Assembly: GCA_027604505.1 (NCBI GenBank)
Contig: JADIIX010000128.1
Coordinates: forward strand, 45,381-65,380
Direction of reading: 5' to 3'
DNA: 20,000 nucleotides
Source: Gonapodya sp. JEL0774
Taxonomy: Eukaryota
Of the stretch, positions 1-10,594 are shown in pieces; the stretch's first letter is position 1; each line of letters begins with the position of its first letter. A program made the translations under genes and the position numbers. The notes beneath the pieces were generated by a model, which saw only the letters and a program-made list of their open reading frames with translations, was not told the origin of the DNA and did no database searches.

Positions 1-1873
1 TCAGTTATATCCTCGCAAGGGCAAGCCCTACCGGCGCAGCACCGAGGGGTCTCCGCCGTCTCTACTCAGCTAAACGGTGGAGTGGATTCTGCACAGCTGA
101 GGAGACGGTTGACTGTAGCCGGACCTCCCACAAGTTTGCAGTCGAATGCCCCTCCGACTACGCGTGCTGGTCCCGCACCAACCTCTGCTGCTCCTCCAGA
201 TGTTGGGCGTGTTACACAGACGGCGCAAGAGCACCTTGACATGCATTTAGTTACAGCTCTGACGGAACAACTCCGCACGCAATCTGCGCTCGCCTCTCGC
301 TGCGAGATCCTTGAATCCCGCAACGAAGAACTCAGCGTACGCCTTGAGAGCGTCTTGCGGGCGTCTCGAGAGCGAGAGATGAGGACCACCGAGGCAGAGG
401 CGAGGGCGGTGGTAGCGGAGGAGCGGATGCATTCCGCAGAGGAGAGAATGCGTGCCGCACAACGCGAGGCAGAAGATGCGCGGGAAAGAGCTGCACTCGT
501 CGACGCGACTGCTGAAAAGCAAACGAGAAGGATTGAGAGATTGGAGTGGGAACTGGCATCAGAACGGACTCGATCGAGGGAGCTGGAGCGAGAAGGGTTT
601 GAAGTGAAGGAGAAGCTGGCGGCGGCACTTCGGGACGTCGCATATGCAGGAGAGAAGGCACACAAGGCAGATAGAGAGGCCATGGCCGAACGGGCGAAGC
701 GAATGGCAGCGGAGGGGGACCTTACGAGGATGAGGGATGATGTAGAGGAAGCCGCAAAGCAGCTGACCGCGGAGACCGAGCACATGCGAAATGAACTGAC
801 GCGTGAAATTGCTGCCGAACGAGAGCGATATGAGGCACTGGAGAGGGAGTTTGCTGCGTACAAAGCATCGCATCAGGCAGGGACGTTGGGAGGAGTGGTC
901 GGGAGTCGATTGGCGGTTTCTTCGCGAGGATTAGACGACTCGTTCCAGTATGCCGAGCTTATGTCAACGGCATCGGATGAGGAACGCGATCATGACAGGA
1001 TCGGTGGTCTTGCTGCGTCTGATGGAGCGGCTCTCAGGCCCCTTGTTGCTCCCTCGGAACGAGATATCACGGAGGTTGAGTTTTCCCCCTTCCCAGCACG
1101 GCGACCTGGTGCGATCCCGGGACTTCCTCCGTCTGTAGCACCGTTTGCACTTCATGCACCAACTGCTCGTGAGACACCCACGGCGGCGGCTGTGCAGCCA
1201 GTCTTCTCCCGACCGTACATTGAGGTTCTCGCCCATACGCCAGCGCCTAACAAGGTTAGGCGCAAGCTGTACGCAGTTGCGGAGTATCGAGCGCAGCAGA
1301 AGGACGAGGTGACGCTCAGGCTAGGTGATGAGGTGTTTTGCATGTGGGAGTTCTTGGACGGATGGGGTGGTGGTGAGTTTGTACCGTGTGCGTTCGTTCT
1401 GGTGGATTAGAGTCACCAGAGGTCTGTTTTCTCTACCTACCTTGCCTTTAGGTACCAACAAAACCACAGTTCAATCGGGATACTTCCCACTCTCTGTTTT
1501 ATCAGTCGATCCGCCTGTAGCGCCCACTCAACACGCCAATGTCGAACGCGAATACTTTGTCCATCCGACCACCGCTACCTCCAATGAATTCGCACATCGG
1601 TCACCCGAAACCCACGGGATCAACCCTCGTACCGTATCCCGGACAATAGGAGGTGGATTGGATACGAATTCCAACCGCACCCACGGAATCGTGTTCCCTT
1701 CTTCCAAAGGCACCGTGCGTGTGCCACCGGGAAATGAAGACTGGGAAAGGAGAACATCTGGAGAAAATGAGGCGAGAACCGGGAGCGTGATACCTGTTGT
1801 GACGGTCACAGAGATTCTCACCAACGGTTGGAGTAATCATGAAAGTTCGACAGATATTTACGGGCCCATGTGA
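1..1873 (+). CDS. Coiled-coil plus C-terminal SH3-domain protein, 5'-partial. Exons <1-1372 and 1452-1873.
   Basis: The frame is open from base 1, so the GTG start at 82 is not the real start. There is a long E/R/A-rich coiled coil. The SH3 motif LYAVAEYRAQQKDEVTLRLGDEVFCMWEFLDGWGG is completed by GTNKTTVQSGYFPLSVL once intron 1373-1451 (gtgagt...ttag) is removed. Confidence 0.85.
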
Positions 1874-2508
1874 GCAGAATCAGGTGCGAGGTTCGGATGT
1901 GGACCTTTTTAAGAACCACCGAGTATCATCGTACGTATGTATGTATTGGAAGTTCAGTATTACAGGCCAGTATTTATGCAATGTACATGAACGTGTTACA
2001 CTCATCAAATAAATAAGTGGACGGTAAATCAGTTGTTAGATCCGAAGAATCGCCTAACCGCCTCGGATTCACAGTGCTCCCACGTCTCCACCTTGAGGAA
2101 TATCTGAGTCAACGGGGAGACTACAATCCGGTGCATTGTAGTGCTGTCTAGAAACTAAAGTACCCTTCTTCTATTGATCGATAACACTAAGTCTCAAAGA
2201 TCGTACCCGTTGAAAACAGCCAAAAAAGAGTGAATATCAAGCACAGTATAAAATGCTGGAAGTCAATGTTTGGTGGTGGAAGGGATCCCAGATCCCCTTG
2301 GAGGGCTGGATAATTGCAGTGCCGAAAGGGTCAGGGAAGATTGAGAATCCGCGACTTATATACGAGACATCGAAAATGCTGCGTAACTTGCTGTCACCGA
2401 TTCGAAGCGGCGAATTTGCTCTTTTGACTTGCCAACGTTCGCTACTATGTCGAAAACCGATTCGATCAAACCCCAGTCTCAATACGAGTGAGAGCGTCGC
2501 ACAATGAA

Positions 2509-5190
2509 ATGAGCTGTCACCACCTGGATCCGGTATCTCAAATCCGTGTTGTCCCATCTGAAAACGTCATTTATAGTGTCATCATCGTCGGTGCAGGCCC
2601 CGCAGGGTGCATGGCTGATCTGTGTCTGACGACTTACGGGTTCAGCATCTTGCACATCGATGACAGACCAGAAACAACTCGAGCTGGTCGTGCCGACGGC
2701 ATTCAACCTCGTACAATTGAAGTTCTTCGTAACATTGGTGGGGTTCAACCGGAGGAGGCCAGCGCCAGTTTGGCGAAGCGTATGATCAAGCAGGGAGTGC
2801 GGTATGTTAAACGCACAACCAGGTTTTCCTTTCGAACCTCCAATGATTCAGACGGAGATATTTTTCTCAGCGTTTACGAGGGAGCTTTCTGGGATCCTAC
2901 TCCAGATCAGCAGCTCGCTCGTACATCTCGTGTACGATCCTGTCCCGATTTCATCGACGTCGGGGATCCCTACACGCTCTTACTGCATCAGGGACTGATT
3001 GAACGGGCATTCTTGGATGAAATTGAGGCCGTGAGTGCTGCCCGGACTGTTTGGAAACTCGATTTTGCCTTGCCTTGTCAACCTCACCGCTGCGCACAAT
3101 CCAGAGGCGAAAACATCTCCCCGCTGGAAAGAAGACGCCCGCACCCCACGGCAATGTTTTCCGCCCATACAAATTCGACACTTGCTCCACCGATGAGTCC
3201 AACTCCGACTTTCCCGTATCCGCCACTTTCCACCACGCCGAAACTGGAGAGAAGTTCGTCGTACGAGCAAAATATCTGTTGGGTCTCGACGGTGCCAAAT
3301 CGCTCGTTCGTCGTGCAATTTCGGGAGGACAGGAAGGTGATGGGGAGTGGAAGGGAAAAATCCGAATGGTTGGCGACGCTTTGGATATCATTTGGGGTGT
3401 CATGGACGTGGAAGTGTGAGCTTTTTTGAACGAATTCTTCATAAATTTTCTAAATGTTCTTCAGAGACAACTTCTCCGATCTGATCCTGTCCTTCTTTGC
3501 TCCACTTTCCACAGCAAAACGGATTTCCCCGACATCCGCGCCAAATGCCTCATCCATTCCAAAGCGGACGGATCCATCATGGTTATTCCCCGTGAAGCCG
3601 GTCTCGTCCGCCTCTACGTCCAACTACAGCAAGAGCTCGGACCGGACGGCAAGCAGAAACACTTTGGTCGAGATGCAGACGAGGCCGTTTGCAAAGCCAG
3701 GGCGCAGAAAATTTTCGAGCCGTTCAAGCTTGAGTTTGGTCGGACGGAATGGTTCTCCGTGTACCGTGGGTATGAGAGATCCTGTGGGCTTCTCCTTCTC
3801 ACGATTGCATCTCCTTCTCAGAAATCGGACAACGGATCGCTTCAAAGTACACTCTCGACAACCGCGTGTTCCTCGGCGGTGACGCAACTCACACTCACTC
3901 CCCGAAAGGTGTGTGGTCGCAACTCAGATTCTTACTCTCCCAGATGTTCTGTGTGACCTACTCCCCCATTTCCCCTCGCGTCACTGACAGCCGGCCAAGG
4001 GTAAGCTCTCAATGGTTGTTGAAATTCCAAGCTGTATATTGTGTGCTGACGTGTTTTGGCACAGCATGAACATTTCCATGCTTGACATGTACTCCCTCGC
4101 ATGGAAGATCAACTTGGTTGAGAAGGGTCTCTCTGACCGAAATATCCTCTATCCTACGTACGAGCAAGAACGAAAAGGCGTTGCTGAGGAACTCCTCGCT
4201 TTCGACAAGGCCTACTCCCAGCTCTTCTCGGGCCGCCCAGCATCTTTGGAAAATATGACCAAGAACAAAGTTGGGGCCGTTGACCCGGAATTGTTCATCG
4301 AGATGTTCAAGAAGAACAGCTTTTTCACGTCGGGCTGTGGTGCAGTTTACTTCGCAAACGTGCTGAACGCACTTCCGGACTCAACGCTGGTCAAGGGGTA
4401 TCCAAAGAAGAACGTATTCAACCCGGAGGGCACCAAGTTGGTTGTTGGACAGAGGCTCTTACCGAGCAAAGTCACTCGTGCGATAGACGCGAATCATGTC
4501 AACATTGAGCAGGAAGTCAAGATGAACGGCGCTTTCCGGTGGGTTGTTGATTGTCCGACTTTGTCTTCCCTCACTCGTAGATTTATATTTCGCTTTCTCT
4601 CCAGAATCCACGTGGTTGCGGGGAACTACGTCAACGCCCTTCCTCGCTTGGCCGCTTTGGACAAGTTCCTCGACTCACCCAAGTCCTTTTTGAACCTCTA
4701 CCGCCCCAAGCCTGGTGTCAAAGCAGCAATAGTCTACAATACCCACAGTGATCAACATATTGAGCCAGAGCGGTCGACCCGATCCCCGAACTATAACCCT
4801 TTCTTCGACTTCCTTTACATCTTGGCGACACCGCATACTGAGTGGGATGTGAGATCCTCGACTTGTTGTTTGATGTTGTTCACAACTCTACTGGGACCAA
4901 CCGTGGCGGTTTTCTTGAACATATAGATCCGAGACCTCCCCTACAACACCCGCATCTACCGTGAAAATATCTACTCCGACGAGCTGTTTGATCGTCGTGT
5001 TGGAAAGGACGTGCAGGCGCCACTTCACTCCAAGTGGGGTGTTTCGACCGAGCGTGGTGGAATCGTTGTTGTGAGGCCAGACGGATACGTGGGAGCCGTT
5101 GTCTCGCTGGACAGTGATGGCTTTGAAGCCCTCAATGCATACTTTGCTGGATTTTTGACACCCACGGCGGCCATCACCCACAAATTATGA
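2509..5190 (+). CDS. FAD-dependent aromatic hydroxylase of the phenol 2-monooxygenase family, ~697 aa. Exons 2509-2801, 2871-3030, 3105-3415, 3515-3765, 3822-3908, 3991-4000, 4065-4538, 4605-4848, 4927-5190.
   Basis: Motifs seen: [69 protein letters not shown] and C-terminal [11 protein letters not shown]. All 8 introns are GT-AG, and the exons sum to 2094 nt in frame. Confidence 0.93.
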
Positions 5191-5720
5191 GTATGTTGGG
5201 TGCCACGGACAATTTAGATTCAATATCATATCTCTGCTGTCTGCGGTCGATATGTATGATGATGCCTTGTTTTACGAATTTGACGAAGATGCATATTATC
5301 CTGCCACATGAAGGACGACTTATCTCACTTCTAGATTGTTTTGCGCTTGTGTCAGAACCTATCTGCTTTGGATTTCCCGAAGAGTTACGCATTTTAACCT
5401 GCAGGTTCGAGTGGCTACCAATTTGCCCGTTTTTGGATCACCGCCTGATCGCCCCGTCTTTGAAAGAAAGTATGGTTCAAAAGCAGTATTACATGAGATT
5501 CGGAACATTTTGATGTCTTGGATATTCTTATTTGCCGAGTGCCACGTGGCTTGCAGGGAGGTTTGTGTTTGCTCGTCTCGGTGCCATACACGGCACTTGC
5601 AAGCAATCAGAACTTTGACATATACCCGGCGTGCGATTTTGAGCTCTTATACCTTTGCGGATTGTTCTGTTATTTCTATTCCCTCATTACCCCGTTTGGT
5701 ACCCCTTTGGTCGAGAAAGA

Positions 5721-7465
5721 ATGAGCTTCGATCCGTCACGGTTATTGATTGACGCATGCGAGCGCGCTGATTCAACAACCGTACGCTCTCTGCTTAAAAA
5801 TGGAGCAAATCCGAACGCTAGGAAAAGGATAATTTTGACGGCATCAGTACGCGACTACAATGTGCGAGGAGGCGAATGTTCTATAAAATCAGACGTGGCA
5901 GAGGGGGAGCACGCAATCGTACTCGCCATCATCACAGGAAACGTGGACTGCCTGCGCGCTTTGCTCGATGCCGGAGCGGACCCGAACACTCAGCCAACTT
6001 GGCCCATCGCTAATTCGTGGAAGGCAAATGGAAAATGGTCGAACTGGAGTCTCGAGGCTTGGACGGAACGCAGATGGTACTTTTTATTCTCATTTCCGGA
6101 TTTAATATCTCTTGCTATGGCGTACGGGGGCTCTGTTACATGCTGGGGGGGTTCCAAAGCGATCTCGTGGCAAAACGACATCAACACCGCATGCAGAATC
6201 CGGGTCAACAAACGTGGCGCCATCGAACAAGGTCTTGGACAATCGACCTTAGCAAATCCTCGATGTCATGCTGACGTATGTGAGGTCGTGCAACTCAAGC
6301 CTAATATCGACATGGTTCACCTTCTCCTGTCCTACGGAGCCTACACCACTGAAACCGCACTGGTCGCCGCACGAGCATCACTGGACCCAGCTCTCCTTAC
6401 ACTCCTTGAAAATCACACCCCTTTTCCTGCTAAGTTGTCACCCGTCTCCTCACCACTGGCCATCACAACCGAGTCGACCTCCACGCTCCGCTCAGTTGGC
6501 TCAACAAACTTTGCGGCCGTTTCGTCTTCTACATCACGTCCACTGGAATCATTGACCGAAACGTTGCTGGCCCGTATTGCTTCTCTTGAAAGCGACAACG
6601 CGACTCTTCTGGCAAAACTTGCAGTGTACACTAGCCCCACCGTTGCCGCAACTGCTGTTCCTGTGGCTACCCAGAATGTAAGTTGACCTTCTGAACGAGA
6701 ATATGGGAAATGACGGAGGATAGCGATTGCACGTGCAAAAAGTTCTGCGAGGGTGAAACCCACAATCGATTCACTCCCTGTGCAGCCCCTCCCCTGGCTT
6801 CGCTCTATCAATCGACTTATTTTTCAACCCGTTATATGCCTTGCTTTTGCATTAGGTTCCGACCCACCCCATTTTTCCCTCTCGCCCGAACCCCCTTCCA
6901 GAGGCAGTTCCTGTCGGTGCCCTCATGTTCGCTCACACTCCTCGAACTGCGCAAAGCGACGACGAAATTGATGTGGCGAATGAGGATAGAATTTTTGTAG
7001 AGGTGGCGCACGGGAGCGGGTGGGGCAGTGTGAGTTATTCATGGTTACGTTCTCGCTGTTGGTGTCCCGTCGGAAGAGACTGACTCCGGGACCATAATGC
7101 ACCGATCTCAGGGCCTTAATACTACGACTGGACTCACGGGTTTATTCCCGTTCTCGATCCTCGCCGCAAACCCACCGAAAACAGTGTCATCGCCGAGCTC
7201 AACAGCAACATCGACCATCGCTCCTGCCACCACCACTAAAACCTCTTCGGTGGGCGTACCCGGCAGTTCAGCGAGTCTTTCGTCTACTGGCATCAGTTTT
7301 TCACCTGCCGCCGCGACCACGACCTCGGCCGTTTCGATTGCCACCGCCACCGCCACCGTTGCAGGGGACACCGAATCCGATTCTACCGATACACAACCGG
7401 AATGGGGGTTTGGTTTGCTGACTGCGGCAGTCAAAGGAGCGGTTCGGAGCTGGGGCTGGTTGTGA
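5721..7465 (+). CDS. Ankyrin-repeat / short coiled-coil / SH3 protein. Exons 5721-6677, 6856-7029, 7112-7465.
   Basis: Ankyrin-like motifs: LIDACERADSTTVRSLLKNGANPN, AIITGNVDCLRALLDAGADPN and DMVHLLLSYGA. Coiled coil: LLARIASLESDNATLLAKL. The SH3 (MFAHTPRTAQSDDEIDVANEDRIFVEVAHGSGWGS|GLNTTTGLTGLFPFSIL) is absent from the ORF track and is recovered through phase-0 introns 6678-6855 and 7030-7111. Confidence 0.82.
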
Positions 7466-7770
7466 GCTCCACCTCCAAGGTTGTCCTGGGTCATTGAGGG
7501 GACTTTCCTGAGTGAGGACGGTTCGAGTGGACTCGTGTTACGCGTGCGACAACACGTGACGAAGGTGGTGATGGGAAGTGCGATGTGGTTTTATTGGACG
7601 CTTGGCGTTTAATGATGCTGAACAGGTTCTTGAACGCTCCTCGGTCCCATGTACGATTCTTTGGAGTTTGCGAAACATCCTTCCTGGTTTTCGAGGATGG
7701 GAATCTCGGAAAGTGGATACCAAATCAAAAAGATGCGACTTATGTGAAGCTGCTATCCTCTCCCCCTGTC

Positions 7771-7794
7771 TGTTATTGTTGTTGTTGTTGTTGT
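7771..7794. repeat. (TGT)n microsatellite
   Basis: tgttattgttgttgttgttgttgt in intergenic DNA. Confidence 0.8.
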
Positions 7795-8214
7795 TTTCGT
7801 TTTGCCTTCCCCTGCGCTTTTGCCCGGGCCGTTTTTTGTTTTGCTTTCGTTAGGCCATAATTTCCTCGTATCTCCATTGCCTATCATATCCCCCTGCCAC
7901 CTATTGAACATAGACAGTCCCAGTCGCGCAAGTCCGCACTGGTTAAGTTTTGGTTTAGAAGATGGCCTCTGAGAAGGCGCTGTGATAAATAATTATAGAA
8001 ATGGAATTAACGACACGGCAACTCCGTCTTCGATAGATTCTGAACTGCCTTGTCTGGTATATCCATATCGAGAATTTATGATCTGCAGGCTTTTTCCTGA
8101 GGACCCTTGTTTCAGTAGGCCGCCACACCATGCAAACTTGAAAATTGGTCATCGGTGGCGAGCGGACGCATTGCTGGCATAAAATTACAAAGCGTTGCCT
8201 CGAAAAGCGAAGCC

Positions 8215-10594
8215 ATGACGGGTGAATGGAGCTCGTGGCGACGGCGGGTGGGAATTTTCCTGGCTTTTGCCACTTGGGCAGTTCCCACGTTGGCCGAGCC
8301 ACGGGGCACCCCGAGAGAAAATCGCCCAAATTTGGTGACGTACGAAAAGCAGGATTTGGATGTTCTAGAAAACCGGAGGATGTACGCCCGAGCACCGTGT
8401 GCAGCGTTGTACTATCAATGCGGGAACGGCCAGGCAACCTGGACTGGCCCAACGTGCTGCCAGTCTGGATCCACATGTATAATGCAAAATCCGTACTATT
8501 ACCAATGCGTGGTGAGTTCCAATTTGTTCGGTGGACACACAGCCCCCGAACAGTGCGAGTTTCTTGTTGTATTTGGGCAGAACTGTCGCTCACAGCATTG
8601 TCCGCATTGCACGGCTGCAGGCCGGTAGTGGCGGCTCAACCTCGTGTATGCCACTCTATGGACAGTGCGGGGGTATTGGCTGGACTGGCGCAACTTGCTG
8701 CGCTGCTGGTTCCACCTGCCGCGTTCAGGATGCCTATTATTCGCAATGCGTGGTGGGCAAAAACAGTGGGATCACCTGTTGAAGATGACTTTTTGACTCC
8801 CGATTGTATTCTCGGCCAGGCCTCGACTAGTCCTCCACCTGCGCCACGTGAGTTTCACGTATTCACTTTGATGTTGATTTCTTTGCTCATTCGTTGAGAT
8901 GCAGCCCCTCCTCCGCAACAAGCGTCGCGAGCCCCCCCAGCACCGGGGGCCGCCGACCGCGACCGCACCACCCGCGCCCGCGGGCGGCGCCGACCGCCGC
9001 GCCCGCCCCCGACACGCGGGCCCNNNNNNNNNNCCCCCTCCTCCCCCTCCGCCTCCGCCTCCGCCACCGCCCCCCTCTCCTCCTCCTGCGATTCCTCCTC
9101 CATCTCCACCCGTCACCCCACCGCCACCTCCATCTGCCGTACCTCCACCTCCTCCCGGAGCAGAATCTTCCTCGTCGCCAGCTCTCTCCGCAAGTTCTCC
9201 TGTCGCCACTGGGATAACGGGAGGCTCACCGCCTGCAAACACAGCAGCCTCGGGTGTCCCGCCACCGCCAGGCGCAACGATCACGCCTCCTCCCGATGCT
9301 GTCACGGCCGCTCCTCCTACGAGCACTGCTGCAGCTGATACCACAGAAACCGACGACGCGGGTTTATCGGCTCACTTCCGGAGCACAAGTACCACCGCAG
9401 CGGGTGTCGTTGCCTCCGCTGCCGGTCTTAACCGCGCCGGTGGAACTGGGACGACCACGCAATCAACCCAGGCTACCGGCAAAACGCAAACTGTTGTTGG
9501 AACGCCGTCAGATGGGAGCTCGGTGCCATGGGCGGCTGTAGGAGGAGGAATTGCCGCGGCGGTTTTGATCGTAGCGGTGGTGGTGGGTTTGGTTGTGAGA
9601 AGAAAGCGCAGCAAAGGTGAGTAAGTGTGGTCAGATTGGGGCTGATGTAGGGTCGCGGTCTTTGAGACAGGAGGAAGCTGAGGATGACACAGTCCCTCAC
9701 TACAATGTGAAGTGAGAGGCGAGCCAAGGTCTGCATTTGTGCGCGATTACCGCCATACGAGGCTTGTAAAGTGCCCACCCAAGGGGCGGTGAATACTTTG
9801 ACTGTCCGTAGTATTGTTAGTCGGTGCTCCTTTGCTTGTTGCATCGCCCTCAAAAGGTGACATGTCCTTTTGGTATTGACTGCCCCGTCTGCTTTCCTCC
9901 AATTTGGCCATAATGTTCCTTTTGGCTCCTTCCTATCCCATTATTCTCAGAGCAATCGCGTCTATTCTTAGCTGGTGATGGGGACGTTGGAGACCCGTCT
10001 CACCCCCATTACCGTCGTTCAATGTCCCATGTGTCGGATATGTCCTCAAAGAGTCAGGATTTACTCATCGCTGCACGCGGACAAAGTCGCAGCGCCTCCT
10101 CGAGCAAAAAACATAAGGGCGGTAACGGTTCACCGTCCTTCAACTCCTCCATCGCCTACCCTCCAACATTTCACTTACCATCCCCAGAACCCGCTGTCTC
10201 GCTCACTTCGGCAGAGCAGCCGGGTTTCCGCCTTCACCACAACGTGAGCGTCTCCACGTTCAACCCTCCCAGTACTTCTTCGTACGGGGGCAACGCAGCG
10301 GATTCGTCTTCATTCAACAGCAGTGAATACATTGTGACGAGCGGAGCTTCTCGAAGTGACTGGTCACCACCTAATGTTTTGGGATACGCACCATCTGGTC
10401 CTTCCACTATTGCCTCCCTTGACACGCGGCCTTCCGTGGACGTTGCTGGGCCACCGGGTCACTTTTCAGAAGCGGCACATCGACCATACAGCGATCCGGC
10501 TTTACAGTTGACAGATGTGTTTGAGCGTTTGGAATCACATATGAATCCTAATGCAGCTGGAAGAGATCAGGGGAAAGCCAAGAGGAGGCGTTGA
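8215..10594 (+). CDS. Predicted type I membrane protein: signal peptide, two CBM1 domains, Pro/Ser/Thr-rich stalk, TM helix and Ser-rich cytoplasmic tail. Likely exons 8215-8511, 8621-8752, 8820-8847, 8905-9616 (spans a gap), 9951-10594.
   Basis: Hydrophobic N-terminus [19 protein letters not shown]1 motifs [38 protein letters not shown] and [36 protein letters not shown]. Poly-Pro stalk. [24 protein letters not shown] followed by RRKRSK. The phase-1 intron 9617-9950 joins in frame to the 10022-10594 ORF. The frame across the N gap cannot be verified. Confidence 0.78.

Noticed and set aside
66..873. Long minus-strand ORFs
   Set aside because: They are antisense shadows of the coiled-coil exon.
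8905..9033. Extremely GC-rich stretch suggesting an insertion or rDNA-like fragment
   Set aside because: It abuts an N gap within a poly-Pro coding region and is most likely low-quality sequence.
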